This document shows, piece after piece, positions 51,420-63,660 of a DNA stretch of 64,000 bases; the stretch's first letter is position 1; every line of letters begins with the position of its first letter. Both the position numbers and the translations under genes were made by a program. The notes below the pieces were generated by a model. It was not told the DNA's origin. It did no database searches and saw nothing but the letters and a program-made list of their open reading frames with translations. This DNA is from Isurus oxyrinchus (lineage: Eukaryota): assembly GCA_026770705.1 (NCBI GenBank), contig JANJGN010000016.1:88102001-88166000 (forward strand), written 5' to 3'.

Positions 51420-51960
51420 GCCAGGGGGCGGGGCCGTGGGGCGGGGCCGTGGGGCGGGGCTGGGGCCAGAGGGGGCGGGGCTCTGGGGCGGGGCTGGGGC
51501 CAGAGGGGGCGGGGCTGTGGGGCGGGGCTGTGGGGCGGGGCTGGGGCCAGTGGGTTCGGGGCTGTGGTCAGAGGGGGCGGGGCCAGGGGCCAGAGGGGCG
51601 GGCCCAGAGGGGAAGGGACCAGAGGGGCGGGGCTTGGATGCAGAGGGGAGGGGCCAGAGCCTGGGGCAGGAAGGGTGGTGCTTGGATGGGCAGCGCAGGG
51701 CCTGGGGGTGAAGGACCGGAGTTTTGGGTGGGTCTTGGAGGGGGCTAGGCCTTGGGGCCCGAGGGGAGGGGCCAGAGGTGGGCCGGGCTTGCGGTGGGCC
51801 TGCTGATGGAGGTGCGGCCTGGAATGGGGGCGTGGCCTGTGTCAAGGCCAGGGGTGGGGGCGGGGAGGCAGGGGGGGAGGGGAGGGGCAAAAGGGTGCGG
51901 GGCCTGTGGACGGGGGGGGCAGTACCTGGAGTGGGGTGGGGGCGGGGCCTGGGGGCGGCG
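51420..51960 (+). repeat. G-rich degenerate tandem repeat made of GGGGCGGGGC/GGGGCCAGAG units
   Basis: Many GGGGCGGGG copies; low complexity. Confidence 0.85.
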
Positions 51961-52879
51961 CCAGTTGTGAGGGGCAGCCTCTTTCAATGTTTGGGCCAGT
52001 CTCTCCCATGGTCCAAGCTAACAGAGCAGCCTTGCCGTGCGGGTTAGGAGAATGTCTGTATCTGAGCTGAGAGCACAGCCTGCAGTCCAATGGGCAAAGC
52101 TGCCGCCAATCGGTCAGGTGGGGTGGGGCGGAGGAGGGTGGGGTTTCGGGCAGCCAATCAGGACACTAATCTCTGGCCACCCAAGTGGTGGACAGCACTC
52201 ACTGGGATGTGTTAAGGGGCCTTCAGACTTAACCAGGACAGGTTCTTAGTGCACCCATGTTAACCACGTCTCTCTCTCTCTCATCCTGCAGGAGGAGTAC
52301 ATCAGGAGCATGGATCATATACATATAGCTTATATGTCTGGTTAAATATAGACATGCAGATTGCAGCAGCTTATACATTTTTATACCCAAACTAGGATCT
52401 AAACGCACACCCACTAGGTTTCTCTGCCACTCCCTGAGTGGTCACAGAATATAAAAGCTAATCCCCGAAAAGGAGAGCTGACGCTGGCCAGGCTTTCCGT
52501 TCTCTCTCTCTTTCACTGTCATCTCTACGTTGCTGACGTAGGTTCTTCCATTTCCGCGATGGTTGGTCTCCGGAGTCTTTGCTGGCTCCAGGCTCCAGAT
52601 TCTCCATTCTTATTCTGCATCTTATCCCTCCAAGCTGTGCTGTCTCTCTCTCCCGTTGCTTTAGGCTTGCTCGCCTAGTCTGTGCTTCTCCTTATTGGCT
52701 CTATCCCAAGGACTTAGGTAGCATTACCTCATTACCCCTTTTCTAAATAAGGACTTGTGTCTTATCACATTTCCCTTGTTTTTCACAAAACTCAGCTAAT
52801 TCAAACCAGTTCCAGCCAGCTCAGGCCTGCGACTGAACTCAGGTTACTTCAGTTCAAAAGGTTTTTGCCTGTGTCAGCA

Positions 52880-53260
52880 GTTCGGCTACAGCCCCTGGCC
52901 AACACTTGGTTTCTGTCGACGTTGACAAAATTCTGGCCTTTGCAAAAATGGCGTCTGTGATTCCTGGATACATTTGTGGGCAGACTCTTGGGAGGTGCCA
53001 CTGGGATCCTCAGTGGAGCCCTGGAAGGAACCACTGCCTTAGAAGTTTTACTTTCACAGCCACTGGCAATGGATGCCTTTCCAGTCCCCGTGGCACCAAA
53101 TCCTGCAGAACGGGGCAAATGTCAGTCACCAGATGCCAGGACATGTGGAGGCGTCTGTGACACAGGGTCTCACTCATCTGCAGATAACACATGTGAGGTC
53201 TATACGCCCTGGGTCCAGCGAGATGCCTACAAACTACTGCTCCCTGAGGATCATCCTCTA
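52880..53260 (-). pseudogene. HARBI1-like (Harbinger DDE) transposase fragment, frameshifted
   Basis: Across frames: LQMSETLCHRRLHMSWHLVTDICPVLQDLVPRG..HPLPVAVKV / GSFQGSTEDPSGTSQESAHKCIQE / TDAIFAK / QNFVNVDR. This matches the N-terminal HTH region of Harbinger transposases as recalled. Confidence 0.75.
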
Positions 53261-53632
53261 AACTAAGGGAACAATCATTGCCACTTTGAGGGGTCAGTGT
53301 TGCATGAATGGGCATCAATGCTTCACTTTCCTGACTCTCCACATGACAACTGAACAGCTGCTAACCTGTCTCTGCTGTGACTCTGTCCTCAGTTTGGAAC
53401 CATCAATTCAGTTGGCTGGCCCTTTAGTGCCCTCCCTACCCCCACCCCCTCAGTCATGTGTCTCAGTGCAGCCTTCCCCAGTCATTGTCCCCAATGGAGC
53501 CTTTACCCTGCAGCCCCTTCCCTTCCCTCAGTCCTGTCTGGCGCCTCCCCCAATGGATCCCTTGTCCTGCAGCACAGTAACAGTGCCCCCCTCCCTCCCC
53601 CCTTAACCCTGCTGTCGTACCTGCTTTGAGAC

Positions 53633-54690
53633 AGAGAAACATAGAAAATAGGAGCAGGAGCAGGTCATTCAGTCCTTCCACTCTGCTCCACCATTCTATA
53701 TGACCATAACTGACCCTTTATCTCAACACCATTCTCCCGCTCTCTCTCCATACCCCCTGATACCTTTAGAGTCCAGAAATCTATCTATTTCCTTCTTAAA
53801 TATATTCAGTGACTTGGCCCCCACAGCCTCTGTGGTGGAGAATTCCACAGGTTCACCAGCCTCTGAGTGAAGCAGTTTCTCCTCATCTCAGTCCTAAATG
53901 GTCTACCCTGTATCCTGAGATTGTGACCCCTTGTTCTAGACTCCCCTCCCCAGAGAGAGGAAACATCATCCCTGCGCCCAGTCTGTCCAGCCCTGTCAGA
54001 ATTTTATACGTTTCAATGAAATCTCCTCTCATTCTTCTAATCTCCAGTGAATACAGGCCTAGTCGGCCCAATCTCTCCTCATACAACAATCCTGCCATCC
54101 CAGGAATCAGTCTGGTGAACCTTTGCTGCACTCCCTTTGTGGCAAGTATATCCTTTCTTAGTTAAGGAAACCAGAACTGCACATGATACTCCAGGTGTGG
54201 TCTCACCAAGGCCCTGTACAGCTGCAGTAAGACATCCTTGCTCCTGTACTCTTGTCCTCTCACAAGGAAGGCCAACACACTATTTGCCTTTTCACCTGCT
54301 TGCTGCACCTGCATGCTTGCTTTCAGTGATTGGTGTACAAGGACACCCAGGTCCCTTTGTACATCAACGTTTCCCAATCTATCACCATTTAAATAATACT
54401 CTGCCATTCTGTTTGTCCTGCTGAAGTGGATAACTTCACACTTACCCACGTTACACTGCACCTGCCATGTATTTGTCCACTCACTCAACCCGTCCAAATC
54501 ACCTTGAAGCCTCTTAACACCCTCCTCATCGCTCACAATCCCACCAAGTTTCATGTTGTCAGCAAACTTGGGAATATTACATTTGGGTTCCCTCATCCAA
54601 AGCATTGATATATATAGTGAATAGCTGGGGCCCAAGCACTGATCCCTGCCAAACCCCACTAGTCACCGCCTGCCACTCCGAAAAAGACCC
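53633..54690 (-). mobile_element. 5'-truncated CR1 LINE inserted in the Harbinger element
   Basis: ORFs 54162..54659 (PKFADNMKLGG..KCEVIHF..QRDLGVLV) and 53883..54131 (QQRFTRLIPGM..YEERL); tail agaaacatagaaa. Confidence 0.92.
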
Positions 54691-55449
54691 AGAAGAGACC
54701 CTCCTGAAGCTGATGTGGTGCAGCCTGTGAAGTCTGGCACTGACCCTGGTGAGCTCACCTCGGGGTCAGGAATGAAGTGCAGCTTTCCAGCTCCACCTGG
54801 TTTCAATCCTGTTGTGAAACACGTGGTTCTAACCGCACGCTGACGTGGGCTCTCATCCAGGGTGGAGGGATGATTCCGGCGAGCAGGAGTCATAATGAGA
54901 TGCTGATTTATGCTAATGACATTCACAATCCTCAGCGGTGGGAAACGTGTCCCGCCATTGAGGGCTGAAGCGAACAATCACTTCCTCGTTTTACATGGTG
55001 GTAAAGGCGGTTTTGGGCCTTCTGGTCAGATTGAGTCCTCGCTCCCACCATGACACCCGCCACCACTGGGAGCAGGAAATCCCGGCCAAAGACTTTGGAG
55101 AGGAAAGGGAGGTTAGTGATGGGGTGGGAGTTTACAAGGACTGATTGGTTGAGTGTGGGTTTGTTGAGGAGATGGTGATGATGGTGATTTTGAGAGCGAG
55201 GGGGTCAGTACGTGTGGAGGGGCTGACCCTCTGGTACCTGAACTCTCCCAGTGAAGCTTTCCCTCTGTTACTTTATCTCTCTTGTCATGGCACCCAGTTG
55301 GAATCTGAATAATTCCAATGGATTTCCCTGTTTTCCCTTGTTTTACAGATTATTCCAAACAGATTACCCTCTGAGTAAATAATATTTACCTGATCAATGT
55401 TGTAATTTTACTCTCACTGCTTTCCATTAACGTCATCAGCTTTTCTCAC

Positions 55450-56445
55450 ATAATCAGAGAATCACACAGCACTGAAGGAGGCCATTCAGCCCCTCGGGTC
55501 TGTTCTAGCTCTTTGAAAGAGTGATCCAATTAGATCCACTGCCCTGCTCTTTCCCCATTGGCCTGTAATTTCTCCCTTTGAATTTTTCTCCAATTGCCTT
55601 TTGCGAGTTATTCTTGAATCAGCTTCCAACGCCCTTTCAGACAGTGAGTTCCAGATCAGGACAATGTTAATGACATTCAATCTGTGACCTCTCCTGTCAC
55701 TAGATACAGTTTCTCCCGATTTACTTTATTAAAATTCCTCATAATTTAGGCAATTTGTATCCTGGGATGGGAAATGAGGTACAGTAAAGTGAGGGAGTCT
55801 GGGAGACAAACACAGGAAGACATTAATAAACTTGCAGAATGGGCACTGAATTGGGGAATAAATTTCAACATTGAGAAGACAGAAGCTTTACATTTGGCTC
55901 GGAAGATTAGGGAGGAGACCAACTCCTTGAAAATAAATCTCTAAATGTGGTCGAGGAACAGATTGATCTGAGAGTATGGACACATAAATCCCTAAGAGCT
56001 GTGAGACAGGTTAGTAAAGTCACAAAAGAATCATATCAAGCACTCGGGTCTATTTCTAAAGGGATCGAATTGAAACACAGAGGGTTTATGTGAAACTGGT
56101 ATAGAATCTTGGTTAGACCACACTTGACGCACTGTTTCTGGTCTCCATATTAAGAAAAGGATACAGAGACACTGGAGAAGGTAGAAAAGTGAGTGACACA
56201 GTGAGGATAGAGTCATCAGTCTGGGATCCTCTTCTCTGGGAATGAAATGACTGGGAGGGGAGCTGACTGATGTCTTTAAGGTGATGAAGGGATTTGATAG
56301 GGTGATGTAGAGAAGATGCTTCCAATTGTGAGTGGGACCTAAACTACCAGGCGTGAATAAAAGATAAACACCAAAAATCTAATTGGGAATTCAGGAGAAA
56401 TATTGTCACTTAGAGAGTGGTTAGAACGTGGAACTCACTGTCACT
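55450..56445. mobile_element. Old CR1 fragments (minus-strand 3' end ~55450-55700; plus-strand RT C-terminus ~55800-56445)
   Basis: WNSLSERALEA motif on the minus strand; decayed ..KLAEWA..FNIEK and LVRPHL motifs on the plus strand. Confidence 0.7.
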
Positions 56446-56465
56446 GATAAACAAGAGATAGTATG

Positions 56466-57544
56466 TGTTATAGAGTTGATCATCAGGCAACATTTCTTGG
56501 TGGAAATATTTGACTTTATTTACAAGAGGACAGCAGCAACTACACATCTGCATCAAGCTCCATTACTACAGAGGTATCTCTCTCTCTCTGTGTGGAGGTT
56601 GCCTGCACTGCTCACACATTGGTTTACACAGTTCATGTGATCTTACAGTACACGGTTATTCTTAAAGCTACAGTCCAACATTTCCCAAAACTATAACTAC
56701 GACATTCCTCCCCCATTAACTTTTTTGTACATTTTGTATTTACAAGGACATTTATCTCATGACATTACAATATTTGCACAGGTCATGAAATTACAAGTTC
56801 AGCCTTTCAGGTGGTTTCCTGATCCGTGTGGAACATCACAGCTCCACGCCTTCAGATTCTTTTGCAGGAACCACGTCCTCTGGAACCGCATTAATATCAG
56901 GTACCTCATTAGACACATGCAGTTCAGTGTCTCCCACTCCGACAGGGACATCGGCCATGTCTGCCCTAGGTTGAGCAAATTCAACAGGAACCAGTGGTTC
57001 GGTAATGACTATCGGTGGAACAATGTCCTATTGTTTTATTTCTCCTATTACAGTGGTAAATTGCAGGTTTTTTCTCCTACAAGTACTCAGGAGGATCGCT
57101 CTCCTCTTCTCTTCCTCTGTGATTTTGTTTGCTTGAAAGAACTCAAGACATTATATATATTGTGACCAATCATCAGTGGCTGGCTCAAAGGGATCGATTC
57201 TGAAAAACTGGCATTTTGAATGCGTATACCTGCTGTTATTTCAAACAAACATAGAGATTCACAATCGCTGGGTGAGGTACAGAACCAATTCTGATGTATC
57301 CTCATCGCCAGTTTGTTATAGAGTTGATCTTCAGGCAACTTTCCTTCGTGGAAACATTTGACTTTGCTTACGGGACAGAGCAGCAGCAAATACCTGTGAG
57401 CATCCAACAGCACGACGACAGAAGTACTCTCTCTGTACAGGTTCCCATGCTGCTAGCACACTGGTTTAGAGAGATCAGGTGATCTTATAGCATGGGATTA
57501 TTCCTATAGCTGCAGTCCAACAATCACCAAATTTATCATCACCA
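56466..57544 (-). mobile_element. Internally deleted Gypsy LTR retrotransposon (two ~235-bp LTRs, PBS, PPT, integrase tail)
   Basis: Direct repeats 56466-56704 and 57314-57544 both begin tgttatagagttgatc and end in CA. Minus-strand PBS TGGCGATGAGGAT (57310-57298), PPT at 56705-56719, and an internal remnant ending STRIRKPPERLNL*. Confidence 0.85.
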
Positions 57545-57829
57545 AAGCATGAGTGTAAATTCACAGCTTTTATTACTGTTTGTTTGGATGGAAAAAAATG
57601 CAAAACAAAGTTAATTATTGTTTAGTCAATCCCGTCTGTTTTTAATTGTACAATATTTAAGAACAACTCACTCCCTGGAGAGCTCATGTAAATACTGAGC
57701 CCCTCCTGGAGCCTAATGTTATGGGAGGGAAACAAAGGAAATTCAGAACGAGTGGTTCAAGAGTGAAACTCGGCAGCTTTAATTCAGAGGGGCATGATCT
57801 CACAATATTGTTAGGTGCTGAACACAAAA

Positions 57830-59745
57830 ATACTGCTCCCTGCTCCCTCCAACACTGCCACATCGCTACTCTATCCAACTCTACCAGCTCCCTGCACCCT
57901 CCAATAATGCCAACTCCCTGTTCCCTCCAAAACTAACAGCTCCCTGCACCCTCCAATAATGCCAACTCCCTGTTCCCTCCAAAACTACCAGCTCCTTTCA
58001 CCCTCCAATAATGCCAACTCCCTTTTCCAAAACTACCAGCTCCCTTTACCCTCCAATAATGCCAACTCCCTGTTCCCTCCAGCACTACCAACTCAATGCA
58101 GTCTCCAATAATGACAGCTCCCTGCTCTCCCCAATACCGTCAGCTCCCTGCTCCCTCCACAACTGCCTCCTTACTGCTCCCTCTAATACTGCCGACTCTC
58201 TAGCCACTCCAATACTGACACTTCCCTGCTTACTCCAATACTGCCAGCTCGCTGCCCCTCCAATAATGCCAGTTCCGTGCTCCTCCAATAATGCCAGTTT
58301 CCTATTCCCTCCAATACTGCCAGCTCCCTGACCCTCCAATAATGCCAGTTCCGTGCCCCTCCAATAATACCAGCTTCCTACTCTCTCCAATACTGCCAGC
58401 TCCCTGACCCTCCAATAATGCCAGTTCCGTGCCCCTCCAATAATGCCAGTTCCCCACTAACTCCAATAGGGCCACCTCCCAGCTCTCTCCAATACTGCCA
58501 GCTCCTATCTCAATATAATCCTGCCAGCTCCCTGTTCCCTCCAATAATGCCAGCTCCCTGCTCCCTCCAATATTGCTAGCTCACTGCTCCCTCCAATAAT
58601 GCCAGCTCCCTCCTCCCTCCAATACTGCCAGCTCCCTGCTCCCTCCCCAATACTGCCAGCTCGCTGCTCCCTCCAATATTGCTAGCTCACTGCTCCCTCC
58701 AATACTGCCAGCTCCCTGCTCCCTCCAATACTGCCAGCTCCCTGCTCCCTCCAATACTGCCAGCTCCCTGCTACCTCCAATACTGCCAGCTCGCTGCTAC
58801 CTCCAATTCCGCCAACTACATAGTCCCTCCAATACTGCCAGTTCCTTGGATACAACAATAAAGCAAGTTCCTGCTCCCTCCAATGCTGTCAGCCCCCTGC
58901 TATCTCCAATAATGCCAGGACACAGTTCTCTCCAATACTACCATCTCCCTGCTGTCTCTAATACTGCCAGCTCCCTGCTGTCTCTAATACTGCCAGCTCC
59001 CTGCTCTCACCAATAATGCCAGCTCCCTGCTCTCTCTAATATTGCCAGCTCCCTGCTCCCTCATACACTGCCAGATCCATGCACCCATCAATACACCTGT
59101 CTACCTGTTCCCTCCAATGCAGTCAGCTCCCAGCACTCTCCAATAATGCCAGCTCCCTGCACCTTCAATACTGCCAACTGCCCGCTCCCTCTAATACTGC
59201 CACATCGCTACTCTCTCTGACAATTCTAGCTCCCATCGCACTCCAATACTGCCAGATCGCTACTCTCTCCAAGAATGCCAGCACCCCGCTCCATCCAATA
59301 CTGCCATCTCCCTGCTGTTTCCAATACTGCCAGGTCCCTGCTCTCTCCAATAATGCCAGCTCCCTGTTCCTTCAAACACTACCAGCTCCCTGTGGCCTCC
59401 AATAATGCATGCTCCCCGCTCTTTCCAATACTGTCAGCATTCAGTACCCTCCAATACTGCCATCTCCCTGCTCTCTCGAATACTGCCAGCTCCCAGCTTC
59501 CGCCAAAACTGCCAGCTACCTGCTCCCTCCAAACTACCACCTCCCTGCTCCCTCCAGTATCGCCACCTCCCAACTCCCTCCAACACTGCCATCTCCCTGC
59601 TACCTCCAATAATGCCAGTTCCCTGCTCCCTCCAACACTGCCAGCTCCCTGCTACCTCCAATACTGCCACCTCCCTGCTTCCCCTATTACTGCCAGCTCC
59701 CTGCTCTCTCCAATACTGCCAGCTCCGCCCTCCCTCCGAAACTGC
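57830..59745. repeat. Degenerate 26-bp tandem repeat (CCAATACTGCCAGCTCCCTGCTCCCT), ~1.9 kb
   Basis: ccaatactgcc recurs with period 26 (e.g. 58699, 58725); C-rich + strand. Confidence 0.93.
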
Positions 59746-59949
59746 CCCTTTCCTGAGGTCAGAGTTTGTCCTCAATGTCCATGATATAAACCTCCCTCTG
59801 GCTGCTAAAAGGGACACCTGCACCTTTAACACTCAAACACTGATTGGAAGCGATGTTTCTGGAGATGGATATGTAACCGGCACTAACCCACTTCCACTGA
59901 AGGTGTGGAGTGTGCTGACTGGGAGGGAAGTGAGAGTTACAGGATGTCT

Positions 59950-60145
59950 CAGTGACCCAGTGAGAGGGTCCACAGCTTCTCAGATGTGACTCTGGAGGCC
60001 CTGGTGGAGGAGGTCCAGAGGAGAAGGGATGTCCCTCACCCACAGGGAGTGGGGAAGGAGGTTACAGAGGCATCTCATGCTGTGAATATGGAGGGAGATC
60101 ACTCAGGAGGTGACAGCCCAGAGCACTGTCCCCAGGACATGGATA
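59950..60145 (+). pseudogene. Myb/SANT-like DNA-binding ORF fragment of Harbinger type (MSANTD/NAIF1-like), truncated by CR1
   Basis: Reads RVHSFSDVTLEALVEEVQRRRDV..., then after a frameshift WREITQEVTAQSTVPRTW, the pattern of Harbinger Myb/SANT partner proteins as recalled. Confidence 0.65.
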
Positions 60146-62140
60146 TAGAGGATTGGATAAGGAAAAAAAGGAAGCTTATGACAGATACAGAGGGCTGAAA
60201 ACAGCAGAAGCCCTCGAGGAGTATAGAAAGTGGAGAGGGGTACTTAAAAAAATAATTAAGAAAGCAAAGAGGGGCATGAAAAAACATTGGCAGGCAAGGT
60301 AAAGGAAAATCCTGAGGCATTTTATAAATATATTAAGGGCAAGAGGATAACCAGGGAAAGAGTAGGGCCTATTCGGGACCAAAGTGGCAATCTGTGTGTG
60401 GAGCTGGAGGACATGGGTGAGGTATTAAATGATTACTTTTCATCTGTGTTCACTATGGAGAAGGACAATGTAGCTGTAGAAATCAGGGAGGGGGACTGTG
60501 ATACACTTGAACAAATGAGCATTGAAAGGGAGGAGTATTAGTGCTTTTAGCTGGCTTAAAAATGGATAAATCCCCAGTCTGAGATGAGATGTACTCCAGG
60601 CTGCTGTGTGAGGCAAAGAGAGAAGATTGTAGGGGCTCTGACACTAATTTTCAAATCCTCTCTGGCCACAGGAGAGGTGCCAGGGGACTGGAGGACTGTG
60701 AATGTGGCACCGTTATTCAAGAAGGGTAGTAGGGATAAACCAGGTAAACACAGGCCAGTGAGTCTAACATCAGTGGGAGGGAAATTATTGGGAAAAGTTC
60801 TGAGGGACAGGATTAATCTCCACTTGGGGAGGCAGGGATTAATCTGGGATAACCAGCATGGCTTTGTCAGGGGGACATCATGTCTAACACATCTGATTGA
60901 ATTTTTTGAGGAGTTAACTAGTTGTGTAGATGAGGGTGCTGCAGCTGATGTAGTTTACATGGACTTCAGTAAGGCTTTTGACAAGGTCCCACATGGGAGA
61001 ATGGTCAAGAAGGTCAGAGCTCAAGGGATCCAGGGCAATTTGGCAAATTGGATCCAAAATTGGCTGAGTGGCAGGAGGCAAAGGGTCATGTTCGAAGGTT
61101 GTTTTTGTGACTGGAAGCCTATGACGAGTGGTGTACTGCAGGGATCGGTGCTGGGACCCTTGCTGTTTGTAGTGTACATTAATGATTTAGATGTGAATAT
61201 AGGAGGTATGATAGGAAGCTCGATGGTGACACCAAAATTGGTGGTGTAAATAGTGAGGAGGAAAGCCTTAGATTGCAGGATGATATAGATGGGCTGGTCA
61301 GATGGGCAGGGCAGTGGCAAATGGAATTTAATCCTGGGAAGTGTGAGATGATACATTTTTGGAGGACTAACATGACAAGGGAACACACGATGAATGGTAG
61401 GACCCCAGGAAGTACAGAGGATCAGAGGGACCTCGGTGTACATGTCCATAGATCCCTGAAGGCAGCAGCACAGGTAGATAAGGTGGTTAAGAAGGCTTAT
61501 GGGATACTTGCCTTTATTAGCCGAGGCATAGAATATAAGAGCAGGGAGGTTATGTTTGGCGCTGTATAAAATGCTAGTTAGGCCACAGCTGGAGCACTGT
61601 GTGCAGTTCTGGTCATCACATTATAGGAAGGATGTGCCTGCACTGAAGAGGGTGCAGAGGAGATTCACCAGGATGTAGCCTGGGCTGGAGTGTTTCAGCT
61701 ATGAAGAGAGGCTGGATAGGTTAGGGTTGTTTTCCTTAGAGCAGAGAAGGTTGAAGGGGGAGCTGATAGAGGTGTACAAATTATGAGGGTCGTAGATAGG
61801 GTAGGTAGGAAGAAACATTTCCACTTAGCAGAGGTGTCGATAACCAGGGGACATAGATTTAAGGTGAGGGGCAGGAGGTTTAGAGGGGATGTGAGGAAAG
61901 ATGTTTTCACCCAGAGGGTGGCTGGAATCTGGAACTCACTGCCTGACGGGGTGGTAGAGGCAGCAACCCTCACAACACTTAAGAAGTATTTAGATGAGCA
62001 CTTGAAATGCCAGAACATACAGCGCTATGGGACAAGTGCTGGCAAATGGGATTAGAATAGACAGGTGTTTGATGGCTGGCATGCACACGATGAGCCGAAG
62101 GGCCTGTTTCTGTGCTGTATAATTCTATGTCTCTATGACC
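60146..62140 (+). mobile_element. CR1 LINE, 5'-truncated (~2 kb RT region with 3' tail)
   Basis: ORFs 60287..60541, 60584..61249 (RT motifs QHGF, DFSKAFDKVPH, QGSVLGPLLF), 61273..61569 and 61783..62055; tail attctatgtctctatg. Confidence 0.95.
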
Positions 62141-62399
62141 CAATGGCTCCAGTGTCAATAAACTACAACCAGAATATCTTGTGTTTATATAGTGAGTGTA
62201 ACTGAATATAATGTCTGAATGCACTTTACAGGAATGTTATCAACTAAAAACTGATGCTGTATTAACAAAGGAGATATTAAGACAGACGAGCAACAGCTTC
62301 GAAAGAGGCAGGTTTGAGGAATGTGTTAAAGGGGACAAAGAGGGGTTGGGAATTGGAGAGGTTTAGGGAAGGAATTCCGGAGTTTAGAGATTTGGGAGT

Positions 62400-63660
62400 T
62401 AAATTTTCTGTGGAGTGGTGAAGTTCCTCACAGAAGTTGCAGTCGTCTTGTACAGCAGAAGGGGCTCCGCTCCGGTGTGTGGTCCAGCCAGTTTGCACAA
62501 CCTGCTGCAGTTTCTCAGGACGACATCCTTCTTGGTCACTTCCCTGATCTCAGTCAGTTTGGTTCCAGCCACAGGAAAGTTCTTTGTCAGCGTGTGAACC
62601 TGTGCTGCCCTTTCTTTATTCTCTTGCTCCGTGATGGGTGGGTATGCACGTGACAGAGAGTCTGCGATGTACATTTCCATGTCTGGTTTCTATTTAACTC
62701 TGGCCTGGTACTTCTGCAGACACATTAATAATCTTTGGATTCTTGGTGGTGCACAGTTTAAGGATTTTTAAGTGCAGCTTCCAAAGGCTTATGATCAGAC
62801 TCTACCTCCATGTCTTTGCCAAACTGATGGAAACGTTCTAGGTCAAACACAATTGCTAACATTTCTTTCTCTATTTGGACACCCCGCTGCTGTGTTTCAG
62901 TCGTTGCCTTTGAAGCCGATGCCACTGGAGCCTCATTTTGCAAGAGGACATTTCCCAGGCCAGTCTTTGAAGCGTCCACTGAGATCTTGACCGGGTGACT
63001 GACATCGTAACACTTTAACCCTGGTGCTTGGGTCAGTGTTCTGTGCAGACTGGTCAAAGCTTCCTGGTGACTTTGTTCCCAGTGCAATTCCACATCATTT
63101 TGTGGAAGTTCTCTGAGAGGTGCTGTCAGGTCTGATATGTTTGAAATGAATTTCCCAGGATAGCTCACCATTCCCAAATACCTCTCCAAGTCTTTCTTAC
63201 ATCCTGGGAGTGGCATGTTCACAACTGCTTCGATTTTACTCGGGTCCGGTTTCAGTCCCTCACTTGTTGGCACATGTCCCAATACTTGATTTCATGTAGA
63301 CCTATTTTGTACTTTTCTTCCTCAAGTTGAGGCTCCTTTCTCCAGCTCTGGCCAGTACCTGCCTCAGTCTGTGGTCGTACTCTTCTCGTGAGGCTCCCCA
63401 GACCAGCACATCATCGATATAGGTTTCACTGCCCTCTAACCCTTCAAACAGCCCCTTCACTGCTCTGTGGAAAACCTCCGGAGCTGAATTAATACCAAAA
63501 GGTCAGCGTAGAAACCTGTATAACCCGTATGGTGTGTTCAAGGTACAGAGATAGGAGCAGCGTTCATCCAGCTTGACCTGCCAGAAGCACAAACTCACAT
63601 CTGAGACTGAATAGTATTTAGCATCAGCAACTATACACGTGATCTCTTCTACACGTGATC
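62400..63660 (-). mobile_element. Gypsy-type pol fragment (RT-RNase H), frameshifted
   Basis: FWQVKLD..TLNTPYGLYRFLR, YIDDVLVWG (~63400-63425), GLKPDPSKI, VDASKTGLG, EKEMLAIVF, ESDHKPLE and YIADSLSR motifs. Confidence 0.93.

Larger units (their letters stand above)
50962..55087 (-). mobile_element. Decayed PIF/Harbinger DNA transposon with long imperfect terminal inverted repeats, carrying nested insertions
   Basis: 50962-51230 is an inverted homolog of ~54800-55087 (shared blocks agaaggcc, tggcggg..cgt.tcccacc, ccggaatcatccc, tttcacaacag). A transposase remnant lies inside. Confidence 0.72.

Noticed and set aside
51125-52090. Pro- or Gly-rich overlapping ORFs; CpG-island gene
   Set aside because: Low-complexity repeat inside a transposon, with no coherent exon.
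52258-52880. Possible solo LTR within the Harbinger element
   Set aside because: It starts with TGT and is LTR-like in composition, but there is no partner, TSD or recognisable family. It cannot be supported.
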